Shown here: piece by piece, positions 24,152 through 33,468 of the stretch
Position numbering within the stretch: the stretch's first letter is position 1
How the letters are laid out: the number at the start of each line of letters is the position of its first letter
Assembly: GCA_021799435.1 (NCBI GenBank)
Contig: JAJZAN010000003.1
Location: 15,253-79,252, forward strand
Source: Bacillota bacterium
Lineage (GTDB): Bacteria > Bacillota > Sulfobacillia > Sulfobacillales > Sulfobacillaceae
Direction: 5' to 3'
Length of the DNA stretch: 64,000 bases
Program-made: the position numbers and the translations under genes
Notes under the pieces: model-generated
What the model was told of the DNA's origin: nothing
Databases searched by the model: none
What the model saw: the letters and a program-made list of their open reading frames with translations, nothing else

Positions 24152-24796
24152 TCATTTGGCGGCCGTAATCGCAGGCGGCCGCAGGTAGGCGGGTGCCAGC
24201 AACAGCGGGTCATCGGCCTGCCCCCATTGTAACCCGCGCCACCCTTGTATTGCTACATCTATGCCCGAGAGGCCGTCTAGTGCGGGACGAAGACGGGCTC
24301 CCAGAGCCGCCATGAGCGCGGCATCGTCGACTGCCGGCCCCAGAACCCAGGCCTCCTCTGCTATGGGAAATCTGCCGGGGAGCACCCCCGACACCGCCGT
24401 ATCCGGCATCAAAGGTTCCGGACCAGACGCTCCGATCCAGTAATAGCCCAGGTAAAAGGCCGGCCCGCGCCGTTCACTGGTAACCAAGACGCGCTGCCCC
24501 GGCTCTCTGCAGCGAGCCCATGCGGCCAAGGATGAGACGCCCTTGACCGGCACTTGCCAGGCCCAAGCGAGTGCTTTGGCTGCCGTTACCGCCACGCGCA
24601 CACCGGTAAAAGACCCCGGTCCAATGCCCACGGCAATGGCATCGGGTCGACCAAACTCTCCTACCTGCTCGTCTATCCATGCCGTGAGCTGAGATCCCGC
24701 CACCCGCGGCAAGCGGGCAGAACGCTCGGCCAGCATGCGGCCATCCTCGATATACCCTACCGTCAGCACAGGACTTGAGGCGTCCCAGCCGATCAC
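24152..24796 (-). CDS. tsaB: tRNA threonylcarbamoyladenosine biosynthesis protein TsaB
   Basis: I prefer GTG 24796, which forms a GTGA overlap with the tsaE stop and gives MIGWDASSPVLTV (compare canonical M.ILAIDTS). GIGPGSFTGVRV motif. The ORF-track start is 24895. Confidence 0.85.
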   Translation of the reverse strand: MIGWDASSPVLTVGYIEDGRMLAERSARLPRVAGSQLTAWIDEQVGEFGRPDAIAVGIGPGSFTGVRVAVTAAKALAWAWQVPVKGVSSLAAWARCREPGQRVLVTSERRGPAFYLGYYWIGASGPEPLMPDTAVSGVLPGRFPIAEEAWVLGPAVDDAALMAALGARLRPALDGLSGIDVAIQGWRGLQWGQADDPLLLAPAYLRPPAITAAK

Positions 24797-25296
24797 TTTA
24801 AAGCCCACCCCATTCGCTCCCATTCCTCGTGAATTCGGCGGGAGAGCCGCTCCCCCGCCGCTGTAACGTCGACCAGACGCTCCCCGCTCGGGCAAAATGC
24901 CATCTGCACGTCAATCCGTTCGGGATAGAGCGGCTGCAGGGCACGACTCCACTCCCCTATCAGGACAACGCCGGTCTGTTCCGGAGCTGGCAGGTCCAGA
25001 ATCTCCCACTCATGGGGATCCTCAATGCGATATCCGTCCACATGATAGACCGTAACGTGCGGTGCATCGTACAGGTGCAGCAAGTCGAAGGTCGGCGAAG
25101 TGACCTCGTCGGTCACGCCCAAATCGGCACAAATCGCTTTTGTGAGACTGGTCTTCCCAATCCCCAGGGGTCCCTCCAACAACAGCACGCCACCCCGGCC
25201 CAACACTTGTGCCAGCAAGGAACCCAGCGCCATCGTGTCCGCCCGCCTGGACAATTGTCTTTCAGCGCGAAAAGTGGTCAAAGGCCCTATCTCCAT
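24793..25296 (-). CDS. tsaE: tRNA threonylcarbamoyladenosine biosynthesis ATPase TsaE
   Basis: P-loop LLLEGPLGIGKTSLTK and HVDGYRI. The start is ambiguous (ATGs at 25296, 25314, 25320 and 25344). All candidates overlap the thiL 3' end. Confidence 0.85.
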   Translation of the reverse strand: MEIGPLTTFRAERQLSRRADTMALGSLLAQVLGRGGVLLLEGPLGIGKTSLTKAICADLGVTDEVTSPTFDLLHLYDAPHVTVYHVDGYRIEDPHEWEILDLPAPEQTGVVLIGEWSRALQPLYPERIDVQMAFCPSGERLVDVTAAGERLSRRIHEEWERMGWALK

Positions 25297-26287
25297 CCAC
25301 CACCCGTTCTTCATCGCCATCCAGCCAGCGCGTTCTCCCCGCATCCGTGAATATCCCGATATCGGTGATGGCGATGCCCATGACGCGCCCGACGTTTAGC
25401 ACCTGGTCGACGTGAGACGGCGGAACCGCCATCAAAAGTTCATAGTCCTCGCCACCGAACAGGGCCCACTCCCACGGGTCGGTGCCGTATCTCGCCGCAA
25501 TGGCTTGGGTAGCCCGACACACCGGCAGACGATCTAATCGCACGTCCGCACCTACTGCCCCAAACTGGGTTAACTCGCTCACCTCAGACGCCAGGCCGTC
25601 GCTCACGTCGGTCATCGCATGCACCCAGGGGCCGACTGCCTGACCCAACCTGGTTCTGGCTTCCGGATCTAAATGGGCTGTCAGCACACTGCGGTCATCC
25701 ACACTATTCCCAGGCCACGATGTTCCGTGGCTCAAGAGCATATAGCCGGCATAACTGGCCCCAAGCCTGCCCGACACCAGCAGGCGATCGCCGGGCCGGG
25801 CGCCGCGGCGGAGCGCCGGTCCATGGTCGCCCGGCACGCCCAGAATGGCGACGTCCAGGACCAAGCGATCGACCGACCCCACCGTGTCGCCTCCAAGAAT
25901 GACCACCCCAAGCGGATCAAAGGCCCGCGTCATCCCGCGATAGAGAGATTCCAGCACTTCGGACGAAGTGCGTGCCGGTACCGCCACGCTGGTCAAGGCA
26001 GCCACGGGCCGCCCCCCCATGGCTGCAATATCGCTCAAGTTGACTTGAGCCGCCTTTCCGCCCACTTGTTCCGGTGTGGCCCAATCCCAGCGGAAGTGGA
26101 TGTCTTCTACAAGCATGTCCTGGCTAATCAACCATCCCGCCGTGTTGCCCGGCAGCACCGCCGCGTCGTCTCCAATCCCCACGAATCCCGGAGGCGGGCT
26201 GGACTGCATCCGGTGGATCATGGAGATTATCCCTCGCTCGCCGAGCTTCTTCACTTGCACCGACGTCCCTCCTGCCTGTTTAGCCAC
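25262..26287 (-). CDS. thiL: thiamine-monophosphate kinase
   Basis: LGERGIISMI...GIGDDAAVL...DMLVEDIHF, AIR-synthase-like fold. Upstream of tsaE as in Bacillus. Confidence 0.9.
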   Translation of the reverse strand: MAKQAGGTSVQVKKLGERGIISMIHRMQSSPPPGFVGIGDDAAVLPGNTAGWLISQDMLVEDIHFRWDWATPEQVGGKAAQVNLSDIAAMGGRPVAALTSVAVPARTSSEVLESLYRGMTRAFDPLGVVILGGDTVGSVDRLVLDVAILGVPGDHGPALRRGARPGDRLLVSGRLGASYAGYMLLSHGTSWPGNSVDDRSVLTAHLDPEARTRLGQAVGPWVHAMTDVSDGLASEVSELTQFGAVGADVRLDRLPVCRATQAIAARYGTDPWEWALFGGEDYELLMAVPPSHVDQVLNVGRVMGIAITDIGIFTDAGRTRWLDGDEERVVDGDRAFDHFSR

Positions 26288-26336
26288 GTGAAGAAATTGG
26301 CATACTTGAGTAAACGATGGAACAGCGAGGTGCTAC

Positions 26337-26531
26337 ATGTCAAGCCGCACACCGTTCACCGACAAGGACGCCGATCTCAACCATACCCTGTATCGCTACG
26401 GCCTGTCCCTGGCCGTCATTTTTGATCTGCTGGTCGAAAAGGGACTGTTCACGCGAGAAGAAATTCAGGCCAAGTCCCGTACCCTTAACCAACACCTTCT
26501 AGCCGACGAACCCTGGCCTCCCTCCCGCTGA
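26337..26531 (+). CDS. hypothetical 64-aa protein
   Basis: ATG preceded by GAGGTG, and the codon usage looks coding. I recognise no family. Confidence 0.35.
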   Translation: MSSRTPFTDKDADLNHTLYRYGLSLAVIFDLLVEKGLFTREEIQAKSRTLNQHLLADEPWPPSR

Positions 26532-26567
26532 ACTCTGCTACAATGGTCCCCGGAAGGGGACGACAGA

Positions 26568-27353
26568 ATGCAAGTGATTGACGACAGCGTAAGTCTCGAC
26601 GGTCAAACCCTGCACTGGTACGAGGCCGGTGAGGGGCGTCCGCTGGTCCTGTTGCATGGCGGCGGCGGCACCGGTCGTGCTTTCTTGGCCCAGCTTACCC
26701 ATCTCAGCGACCGCGGCTACCGGGTGTTGGCACCAGACATGCCCGGGTTCGGGCGCTCCGACTGGTTTCCATCGGTATCCCGGATGCCGGACATCGGCCC
26801 TGTACTGTTCCAGTGGCTGGATGCCTTGCGCCTTCCGACGATCGTTCTGGGCGGAAACTCCATGGGCGGCCGCGTGTCCCTGTCGATGGCCTCACTGCAC
26901 CCCGAACGCGTGGAAGCGCTCATTATCCTGGATTCCGTGGGCCTCCATCTCCCCGATGTGCCCGTCATTAACCCTCTCACTCTGCCCCAATCGGGGTACA
27001 CCGCTGGGCTGGTCTACGATCCAGCCCGCTACAAGGCGCGGACGCCCTACCGGACATTGGACGACGCCCGGGATCTCAATCGTGGTCGAACGTCCTTCGC
27101 CCGCTACTTAGACGATGGCCAAATTGGTCCTGATCCCAATCTGGATCTGGGCCGTCTCACCATGCCGACACTCCTAATCTGGGGGCGTGAAGATCAGATC
27201 GTCCCTGCTGCCTATGGCCGCGCCTTAGATCAAGCCTTGCCGGACAGCGAACTGCTCATTATCGAACATTGCGGCCACCTGCCCCACATCGAGGAGTCCG
27301 AGATTACCAATCAGGCGATCCTCGACTTTCTGGATCGCCATCCCCGTCGCTGA
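26568..27353 (+). CDS. alpha/beta-fold hydrolase
   Basis: LVLLHGGGG, nucleophile elbow GNSMGG and C-terminal CGHLPHIE. GGAAGGGGA RBS. Confidence 0.85.
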   Translation: MQVIDDSVSLDGQTLHWYEAGEGRPLVLLHGGGGTGRAFLAQLTHLSDRGYRVLAPDMPGFGRSDWFPSVSRMPDIGPVLFQWLDALRLPTIVLGGNSMGGRVSLSMASLHPERVEALIILDSVGLHLPDVPVINPLTLPQSGYTAGLVYDPARYKARTPYRTLDDARDLNRGRTSFARYLDDGQIGPDPNLDLGRLTMPTLLIWGREDQIVPAAYGRALDQALPDSELLIIEHCGHLPHIEESEITNQAILDFLDRHPRR

Positions 27354-28239
27354 CCGGAGAAAATCCCGTGGGACTGAGGCGCCGTCGAATGGCGCGCAAC
27401 ACACTTTGCGTCCATGCCGGTGGCGGTGACTGGGACACCAAAGCGCTGAGACGCGGAGGCCAGATAACCCCATCCAGCGCCACCTCAACCAGTTGGCCGG
27501 CCGATATCGCGGTCTGGACCAAAGACCACGGCAAGACCGAGACGTGCCCTTGGATAACCAGCGCCTCAGCAACCGGCAGGGCATCAACCACCACGCGGGG
27601 CTCGATTTGAATCCCTGCCTCCTTGAGAGCCCGGCTCACCGATAGACCGTGGCCCATGCGGTGGGAAAACAGCACCCAAGGCCACGACGTTGGCTCACCA
27701 GCGAGTCTCAGGCCCGTTGGAGCAACGGCCACCAACTTGTCTTGATCCACCATCTGATAGGCCAGATGGGGTTGCCGCCGCTCGAGCCGCACCAAGCCGA
27801 TATCCACCTGCCCTCGTGCAACCCACCCCTCTACCTCGTGCGAATGTCCGGACTGGAATTCCCAAAGCGGCCCCCCGATGGCTTGCAGGTCGCCCAAGGC
27901 ATCCAGATAGGGGCCATCCAAAAACAGTCGCGACAGTCCCACCCGGCGCGGCTCAGGCGCCGGCAGCCATTCGCGTTCGACCAACCGCAGTTCCGCAAAA
28001 ATCGCTTCGATGTGGGGAACCAGGGCCCGAGCTTCCGGCGCCAGCACCAGTCGCCCCTGGCGAACCGCAAGCCGGCGGTTGAGACGGCTTTCCAAGTCCC
28101 GCAGGCGGTGCGACAAAGCGGACGGAGTGCAGCCCAAGCGGTCGGAGGCCGCCCGCAGAGACCCCTCTTGGTGGAGCGCCAATAATAATTCGAAATCCCG
28201 CATGGTCCATGAGTGTTCCATAACATGAGGTTTCTTCAC
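27304..28239 (-). CDS. LysR-family transcriptional regulator
   Basis: MRDFELLLALHQEGSLRAASDRLGCTPSALSHRLRDLE (HTH) plus a LysR substrate domain. The start is uncertain (28203, 28221 or 28239). The 3' end overlaps the convergent hydrolase gene by 50 nt. Confidence 0.85.
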   Translation of the reverse strand: MKKPHVMEHSWTMRDFELLLALHQEGSLRAASDRLGCTPSALSHRLRDLESRLNRRLAVRQGRLVLAPEARALVPHIEAIFAELRLVEREWLPAPEPRRVGLSRLFLDGPYLDALGDLQAIGGPLWEFQSGHSHEVEGWVARGQVDIGLVRLERRQPHLAYQMVDQDKLVAVAPTGLRLAGEPTSWPWVLFSHRMGHGLSVSRALKEAGIQIEPRVVVDALPVAEALVIQGHVSVLPWSLVQTAISAGQLVEVALDGVIWPPRLSALVSQSPPPAWTQSVLRAIRRRLSPTGFSPVSDGDGDPESRGSPDW

Positions 28240-28318
28240 TTTAAACCTGAAATCCTTCTCATGTTGATGGGCCAGAATATCTCGTAAGGTGGAAGCGAAC
28301 TTACGAGGAGGTATTGCT

Positions 28319-29053
28319 ATGTCTCATCCAGAAGATCCGCGCACATTCTTTGGCCGGCATCATCAGGACTACGTCACGAGCCATCGTCATGCCAAGGGAG
28401 AGGACTTGACTTGGCTTATCGAGGGTCTCCATCCCGAAGCAGGTCAACATGCCATCGACATCGCCACCGGAGGCGGACACACGGCGCTTCGCTTAGCCGA
28501 ACAGGGCGTGCTCGTCACGGCCCTGGACATTACCCCGGAGATGCTGAGGGAGGTAGAAAAAGCGGCCGCTGCCCGCCATCTCGTCATTAAAACCGCCTTA
28601 GCCGACGCAGAACAGCTCCCTTTTGCCGACAACAGCCTGGACCTGGCCGCCTGTCGCCGGGCCGCCCATCACTTCCGACGCATCCCCGTCTTTCTCGAAG
28701 AAGTGCAGCGGGTGTTGAAGCCGGGCGGACGGCTGGGGATTTCTGATATGACGGCGAGCCAGGCCGGTAAACCATGGCTAAACCATCTGGAACAGCTCCG
28801 GGACCCCTCCCACCATGAGGCATGGAGTCCCGATGAGTGGTACCAGGGGTTGGTGGAAGCCGGGTTTCACGACATCGTCATCCAATTGACGGAAGAACCC
28901 CTGGCGTATACCGACTGGCTCGCTCCGGTGTCTCCGCAAACTCCGGAGGGGCGTGCCTCCCTGGACTTCATGGCTCAGGAGGACGCCCCTCAGGAATTGG
29001 TTCGCGGCCCGCTCTTCATCAAGCGCCGCATCCTCATCTGGGCTCAAGCTTAG
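28319..29053 (+). CDS. class I SAM-dependent methyltransferase
   Basis: Motif I IDIATGGGHTA and LKPGGRLGISD. ATG 28319 has a GAGGAGG RBS 7 nt upstream. The ORF-track start is 28289. Confidence 0.85.
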   Translation: MSHPEDPRTFFGRHHQDYVTSHRHAKGEDLTWLIEGLHPEAGQHAIDIATGGGHTALRLAEQGVLVTALDITPEMLREVEKAAAARHLVIKTALADAEQLPFADNSLDLAACRRAAHHFRRIPVFLEEVQRVLKPGGRLGISDMTASQAGKPWLNHLEQLRDPSHHEAWSPDEWYQGLVEAGFHDIVIQLTEEPLAYTDWLAPVSPQTPEGRASLDFMAQEDAPQELVRGPLFIKRRILIWAQA

Positions 29054-30006
29054 CGCTCCAACAACTCCTGGAGCCGCTTGGTATCGAGGTTGCCGCCGGT
29101 CAGCACCACACCGACTCGCTGGCCGGCCCACTCCTCTCGACCGTGCTTCAAGGCATAAGCTAGGGCGACCGCTCCGGATCCTTCCAAGATCCAGTGGTGC
29201 ACATCCAGGGCCCATCGCATGGCCTCCTTGATGTCATTCTCGGAGACCAGGGCAAAGCGATCCACGACCCGCTGAGCCAGCACGAAGTTGGAAGAGCCTA
29301 TCGCACCCAGGAGCCCTTCGGCCCAGGTATCCTGATATTCCACATCGACTACCCGGCCGGCCTGCCAAGCGCTGTACCAGGCGGGCGATGCCTCGCTTTG
29401 CAATCCCAGAACCTGCGCGCCGGGTGACACCGCCCGAGCGGCCACCCCGATGCCAGTAATGAGGCCGCCGCCCCCCGCCGGAACCGCCACCACATCCAAC
29501 CCTGGCTGGTCCTGGAACATCTCCAAGCCCACCGTGCCTTGGCCTGCCACGATGGCTGGATCTTCGAAAGCATGGACAAAGATGCGCCCACTGGTCTCGG
29601 CCAACCGATACGCTTCCGCTTCGGCCTCATCGTAGTTGGCTCCAAATTGCAGCACCTCCGCTCCATACTGGCGAATGCCGGCCAGCTTGGTTTCCGGGGT
29701 ATTGAGAGGCGTGACCAAAAGAGCCGACAATCCCAAGAAATGTGCTGCCAGGGCGACCCCTTGGGCATGATTCCCGGCTGAGGCGGAGATGACGCCACGG
29801 CTGCGTGCAGATTCCCCCAACTGAGCCATCTTGTTGTACGCACCACGCACTTTAAACGAGCCTGTCAACTGAAACTGCTCTGGCTTGAGCCATATCTCTG
29901 TTCCCGTGTGTTCGCTCAAACGAGGCGAAAAAATAAGCGGAGTCCGAACCACCCGCCCGACAATCCTGCTTTGCGCGTCCAGAATGTCTCTCAGTTGGAC
30001 CTCCAT
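29050..30006 (-). CDS. threonine ammonia-lyase (short form, no ACT domain)
   Basis: PLP-lysine motif TGSFKVRGAYN and SAGNHAQGVA. ATG 30006 gives a TGATG overlap with the udg stop, with a GGGAGGAGG RBS. Confidence 0.85.
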   Translation of the reverse strand: MEVQLRDILDAQSRIVGRVVRTPLIFSPRLSEHTGTEIWLKPEQFQLTGSFKVRGAYNKMAQLGESARSRGVISASAGNHAQGVALAAHFLGLSALLVTPLNTPETKLAGIRQYGAEVLQFGANYDEAEAEAYRLAETSGRIFVHAFEDPAIVAGQGTVGLEMFQDQPGLDVVAVPAGGGGLITGIGVAARAVSPGAQVLGLQSEASPAWYSAWQAGRVVDVEYQDTWAEGLLGAIGSSNFVLAQRVVDRFALVSENDIKEAMRWALDVHHWILEGSGAVALAYALKHGREEWAGQRVGVVLTGGNLDTKRLQELLER

Positions 30007-30608
30007 CAATGGCCTCCTCCCTGGTCATCCCCGCTTGTCCAGGGACCGCGAGGTGGTGCGAGACGTATATTGAGTGCATCAAGACGCTCCCTAAGCCGCA
30101 TCAGGTCCTCTCGATAGGCGCTCTTTAAATTGCGGCGATAGATGAGATAGGCGGGATGATACAGGCCTAGGACTTCGGTCGTCTCGGAAATGCGCACCGG
30201 CTCGACACGTCGATTGGCGTCCCATGTTTGGCCGGTGGCCGATTCGAAGGCCACCCGCCCCAGTGTCACGATGGCCTTGGGCGCAACCTCCGCCACATCC
30301 CGCAAAAACCACGGCCTGCAGGCGGCAATCTCGTCGGGGCGCGGCGCCCGGTTGCGCTTGCCATCGATACTGGGACGGCATCGCACGGCGTTAGCCAGCC
30401 AAATTTCCTCTCGTCGCAGTCCCAGAAACGCCAAGATATCCTCGAACACCCGGCCGGCTGCACCTTGAAATCCGAGTCCGGTGCGATCCTCCTCCCGTCC
30501 CGGGGCCTCTCCCAGTATCATAACGGGCGAAGGGCGCGGTCCACGCCCCACTACCACTTGCGTACGGCTGGCCTCGAGGCGGCAGGCACGGCACTGTGCT
30601 TCATCCAT
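30006..30608 (-). CDS. udg: uracil-DNA glycosylase, family 4
   Basis: C..C near the N-terminus, GEAPGREEDRTGLGFQGAAG and GLYHPAYL. The start overlaps the Fur-family gene stop by 8 nt. Confidence 0.85.
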   Translation of the reverse strand: MDEAQCRACRLEASRTQVVVGRGPRPSPVMILGEAPGREEDRTGLGFQGAAGRVFEDILAFLGLRREEIWLANAVRCRPSIDGKRNRAPRPDEIAACRPWFLRDVAEVAPKAIVTLGRVAFESATGQTWDANRRVEPVRISETTEVLGLYHPAYLIYRRNLKSAYREDLMRLRERLDALNIRLAPPRGPWTSGDDQGGGH

Positions 30609-31020
30609 GCTGAGCCTCCCCTTGGCAGGCCGGGCACAGTCCCTCCCAAATCAGCGACTGATCATCAATGACCCAGGGGGACTGGTCGGGCGCTATCAAC
30701 CGCGTGCCGGGATGGCGAACCATGTCATCGACCCGTCCGCAATGACGGCAGCGAACGTGATCGTGGGAGTCCGTCCGGATGTCAAAGCAACGGCGGCCTC
30801 TCACATCCATCGCGATCACCAGGCCGGCTGCCCTTAATTTCTCCAATACGTTATAGACGGTGGCCACGCTCATCGCCGCCTGACGGTTCTGAGCGTAAGC
30901 CAACACCGCCTCCGCGTCGGGGTGCGACAGCGCGCGAAGCGCTTCCAACACAACCACACGCTGCGGCGTAATACGCAGCCCGTGAGCGTGCAATGCGTCC
31001 TCCATGTGCCGCACCGCCAT
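30601..31020 (-). CDS. Fur-family metalloregulator (PerR-like by context)
   Basis: LRITPQRVVVLEAL..., SVATVYNVLEKL and two CxxC pairs (CRHC, CPAC). TAATG overlap with the DUF3501 stop. Confidence 0.85.
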   Translation of the reverse strand: MAVRHMEDALHAHGLRITPQRVVVLEALRALSHPDAEAVLAYAQNRQAAMSVATVYNVLEKLRAAGLVIAMDVRGRRCFDIRTDSHDHVRCRHCGRVDDMVRHPGTRLIAPDQSPWVIDDQSLIWEGLCPACQGEAQHG

Positions 31021-31598
31021 TATTGGGTCAAGAGATCCTGGACCAGCCCCGCCACCGTCTCTTTGGCCAACACAGCGTGATGGCGATAGTTGGGATGCTC
31101 CAACGCCAAAACAACCTCAGCGGCCTGGGCGAGCTCTCGCGGATCCTCCGGCGTGAAACGGAAGGTCAGATAGTGTACCGTGCTGGTCTTCTCTTCAGTG
31201 GATCGACCCAGCTCTGCCTCGGCATGAATTTCCTGCGATCCAAAGCGCAGGTAGACCGTTTCCTCGAGACCGCTCAGATCCCGCAAAATGGCCGGCATGT
31301 CATCGGTCTGCACCAACTCAATCAAGAGCGTGGCCCCCACCGCCCGGCCCTCGGGCAAAAGATCGTTGTAGACGTCAATCTCCTGCTGGACGAGACGGGG
31401 ATCGGCGATGTGTTCAATCCGACACATTTCCTGCACCTGAAACTTCATGGTGTCCCAGTTTTCGAACACCAGCGAAACCCGGGGGCCCAGTGTTACGCGC
31501 CTTTGCTTTTTGAGCGCAATGATGCGCCGGCGCGTGATGTCTCGCCGAGCCTCATATTCCGAAATACTTTCAATATCAGCCAACGACAACGGCTTCAT
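31020..31598 (-). CDS. DUF3501-family protein
   Basis: MKPLSLADIESISEYEARRDITRRRIIALKKQRRVTLGPRVSLVFEN matches my memory of DUF3501. The start at ATG 31598 forms a TAATG overlap with the upstream Fe-S gene stop. Confidence 0.7.
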   Translation of the reverse strand: MKPLSLADIESISEYEARRDITRRRIIALKKQRRVTLGPRVSLVFENWDTMKFQVQEMCRIEHIADPRLVQQEIDVYNDLLPEGRAVGATLLIELVQTDDMPAILRDLSGLEETVYLRFGSQEIHAEAELGRSTEEKTSTVHYLTFRFTPEDPRELAQAAEVVLALEHPNYRHHAVLAKETVAGLVQDLLTQ

Positions 31599-32869
31599 TA
31601 CGACCCTCCTATCAGCCCATAGGAACGGGCTAAAATCTCCACGGGATGTACGGGCTCCCGATCCGTTACCGTCTCTATCTGCAAGCCCGCCAGCGCACAA
31701 TCAGAGCAGGCGTGGGTGTCATGGCGAGCCTGAAACCGCTCGGTGAGTTTCTGCGACACTTGCAGCGACTCCTCATAGTACTCCGCCTTCAAACCCCAAG
31801 TGCCATCGATTCCCGCACAACGGTCAACCATTTCCACCTCGCACCCGTCAATGCTCTCCAGCAATTCCTTGGCCGCTCGCTTCAACCCTTGAGCCTTGGT
31901 GTGGCAGGAGAGATGATAGGTCACGGAACCCGGGCTGGACTCGAACTCCTTCTTCAGGGTGCCCTTCTTCATGGCCGAAGCCAAGTACTCAGTAATATCC
32001 CGGGTGTGCTGCGCCACCAGCTTCGCTTCTTCTGATTCCACCAAAGTTGGGTAGTCCTGTTTCAGCAACAAGGCACACGTGGGTTGGAGGGCTAAGATCG
32101 GCTTGCCCGCCCTGACATACGGGGCCAACAGGTCCACATTAGCCCGTGCACGGCGCAGTGCACCGTCTATGTCTCCCCCGTCCAGGGCTGGCATACCGCA
32201 ACACACCTGGCCTTTTGGAACCACCGCACGGATGTTGTTGTGCTTAAGTACCTGCATAGCCGCTTGGCCAATGCCTGGTTCGTGGTACTCCACCGTGCAG
32301 GTGGAAAACAGCACCACATCCACTTCGTCCAAATTGGGCACCGATTGGGGCTGGTGCTTGGCGGCCCAGTCCGAAAACCGCGTGGGAGCGAAACGCGGCA
32401 AGTGACGCCGGTGGTCAATTCCGTAAATGCGCTCCATTAACCGTCGCAATCCGGTATTCTTGACCGACCAGTTGGCCAGCCCAGGAGCGATTTGACCCAT
32501 CCGCCCCACCTGCTCGGGATTCCCCAGAAAGCGGTCGGTGCGGCTAATACCCTTCTTTTTGGCGCGAATGGCCTTAGACCGAAGCATCAGGCGGGGAAAA
32601 TCTAAATCAAAGCGATGCGGCGGAATATAGGGGCACTTCATGTAGCACAGTTTGCACTGAAAGCAGAGGTCTGCCACATGATCGGCCTCTTCGGTCGTGA
32701 CCTTCGATGCATCATCGTCATAACTCTCAACGATTTGAAACAACGCCGGAAAAGAGGGACAGAGATTGTAACACAGCCGACACCCATTGCAGATGTCGAA
32801 GGCCTGCTGCATGTCCTGATGCAGAGCCTCTTGGTTCCAATATTCGTCACGATGCGGGTTGTACTCCAA
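31598..32869 (-). CDS. (Fe-S)-binding oxidoreductase with 2x[4Fe-4S] ferredoxin motifs and CCG domains (HdrD/GlpC/GlcF-like)
   Basis: CNGCRLCYNLCP and CFQCKLCYMKCP, plus two CCG-type motifs (VCCGMP; DRCAGIDG). Confidence 0.85.
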   Translation of the reverse strand: MEYNPHRDEYWNQEALHQDMQQAFDICNGCRLCYNLCPSFPALFQIVESYDDDASKVTTEEADHVADLCFQCKLCYMKCPYIPPHRFDLDFPRLMLRSKAIRAKKKGISRTDRFLGNPEQVGRMGQIAPGLANWSVKNTGLRRLMERIYGIDHRRHLPRFAPTRFSDWAAKHQPQSVPNLDEVDVVLFSTCTVEYHEPGIGQAAMQVLKHNNIRAVVPKGQVCCGMPALDGGDIDGALRRARANVDLLAPYVRAGKPILALQPTCALLLKQDYPTLVESEEAKLVAQHTRDITEYLASAMKKGTLKKEFESSPGSVTYHLSCHTKAQGLKRAAKELLESIDGCEVEMVDRCAGIDGTWGLKAEYYEESLQVSQKLTERFQARHDTHACSDCALAGLQIETVTDREPVHPVEILARSYGLIGGS

Positions 32870-32922
32870 ACCGTTCCCCCCTCTTCACACGAAAGGGGGC
32901 TTGCGCCCCCTCCGTCCGACCG

Positions 32923-33345
32923 TTAGTCTTCGAGATTTTCGAGGCCCTTGGTGAAGCGGCCGGCGTGGCTCTTCTCAGCCCGAGCCAAGGTTTCGAACCA
33001 CTCCGCAATTTCGTCGAATCCTTCGTCGCGAGCGGTCTTGGCAAACCCGGGATACATCTGCGTGTACTCGTATGTTTCGCCTTCGATGGCGCTCTTCAAA
33101 TTCTCCTCGGTCGTTCCCACCGGAACCCCCGTCACCGGGTCTCCCACTTCTTCCAAGAACTCAAAGTGTCCGAATGCGTGTCCGGTCTCCCCTTCCGCTA
33201 CGTCGCGGAATAATCCGGCCACCTCCGGACGGCCTTCCACGTCCGCCTTTTGAGCGAAGTACAGGTAGCGCCGGTTCGCCTGGGATTCCCCAGCGAACGC
33301 CTCTTTGAGGTTTTCGTGCGTCTTCGAGTTAAGCAGTTTAGCCAT
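32923..33345 (-). CDS. rbr: rubrerythrin-family di-iron protein (no rubredoxin domain)
   Basis: [20 protein letters not shown]...[10 protein letters not shown]...[10 protein letters not shown]..., typical ExxH four-helix-bundle ligands. Confidence 0.9.
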   Translation of the reverse strand: MAKLLNSKTHENLKEAFAGESQANRRYLYFAQKADVEGRPEVAGLFRDVAEGETGHAFGHFEFLEEVGDPVTGVPVGTTEENLKSAIEGETYEYTQMYPGFAKTARDEGFDEIAEWFETLARAEKSHAGRFTKGLENLED

Positions 33346-33379
33346 GGCGATTGCCTCCCAATTAAAGGTGGTTTCTAGC

Positions 33380-33394
33380 TAAGAATGATTCTAA
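33380..33394 (-). promoter_or_regulatory. Fur/PerR-box-like 7-1-7 inverted repeat
   Basis: Minus strand TTAGAATcATTCTTA versus the B. subtilis PerR box TTATAATnATTATAA (from memory). The inner AGAAT-c-ATTCT is a perfect palindrome. It overlaps the putative -10 of rbr. Confidence 0.5.
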
Positions 33395-33416
33395 TGTAAT
33401 GCCCTATAGAAGACAA
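33388..33416 (-). promoter_or_regulatory. candidate sigmaA promoter of the rbr operon
   Basis: Minus strand TTGTCT-N17-TAGAAT, about 43 nt upstream of the rbr ATG. Confidence 0.45.
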
Positions 33417-33423
33417 TGTTTGC

Positions 33424-33455
33424 AAAAGAAAGACGTCCCAATTCCGGGGACGTCT
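33424..33455 (-). terminator. rho-independent terminator after the glycosyltransferase gene
   Basis: Minus strand AGACGTCCCC-ggaatt-GGGACGTCT followed by TTCTTTTG. Confidence 0.75.
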
Positions 33456-33468
33456 CAAGAGGTTATGG

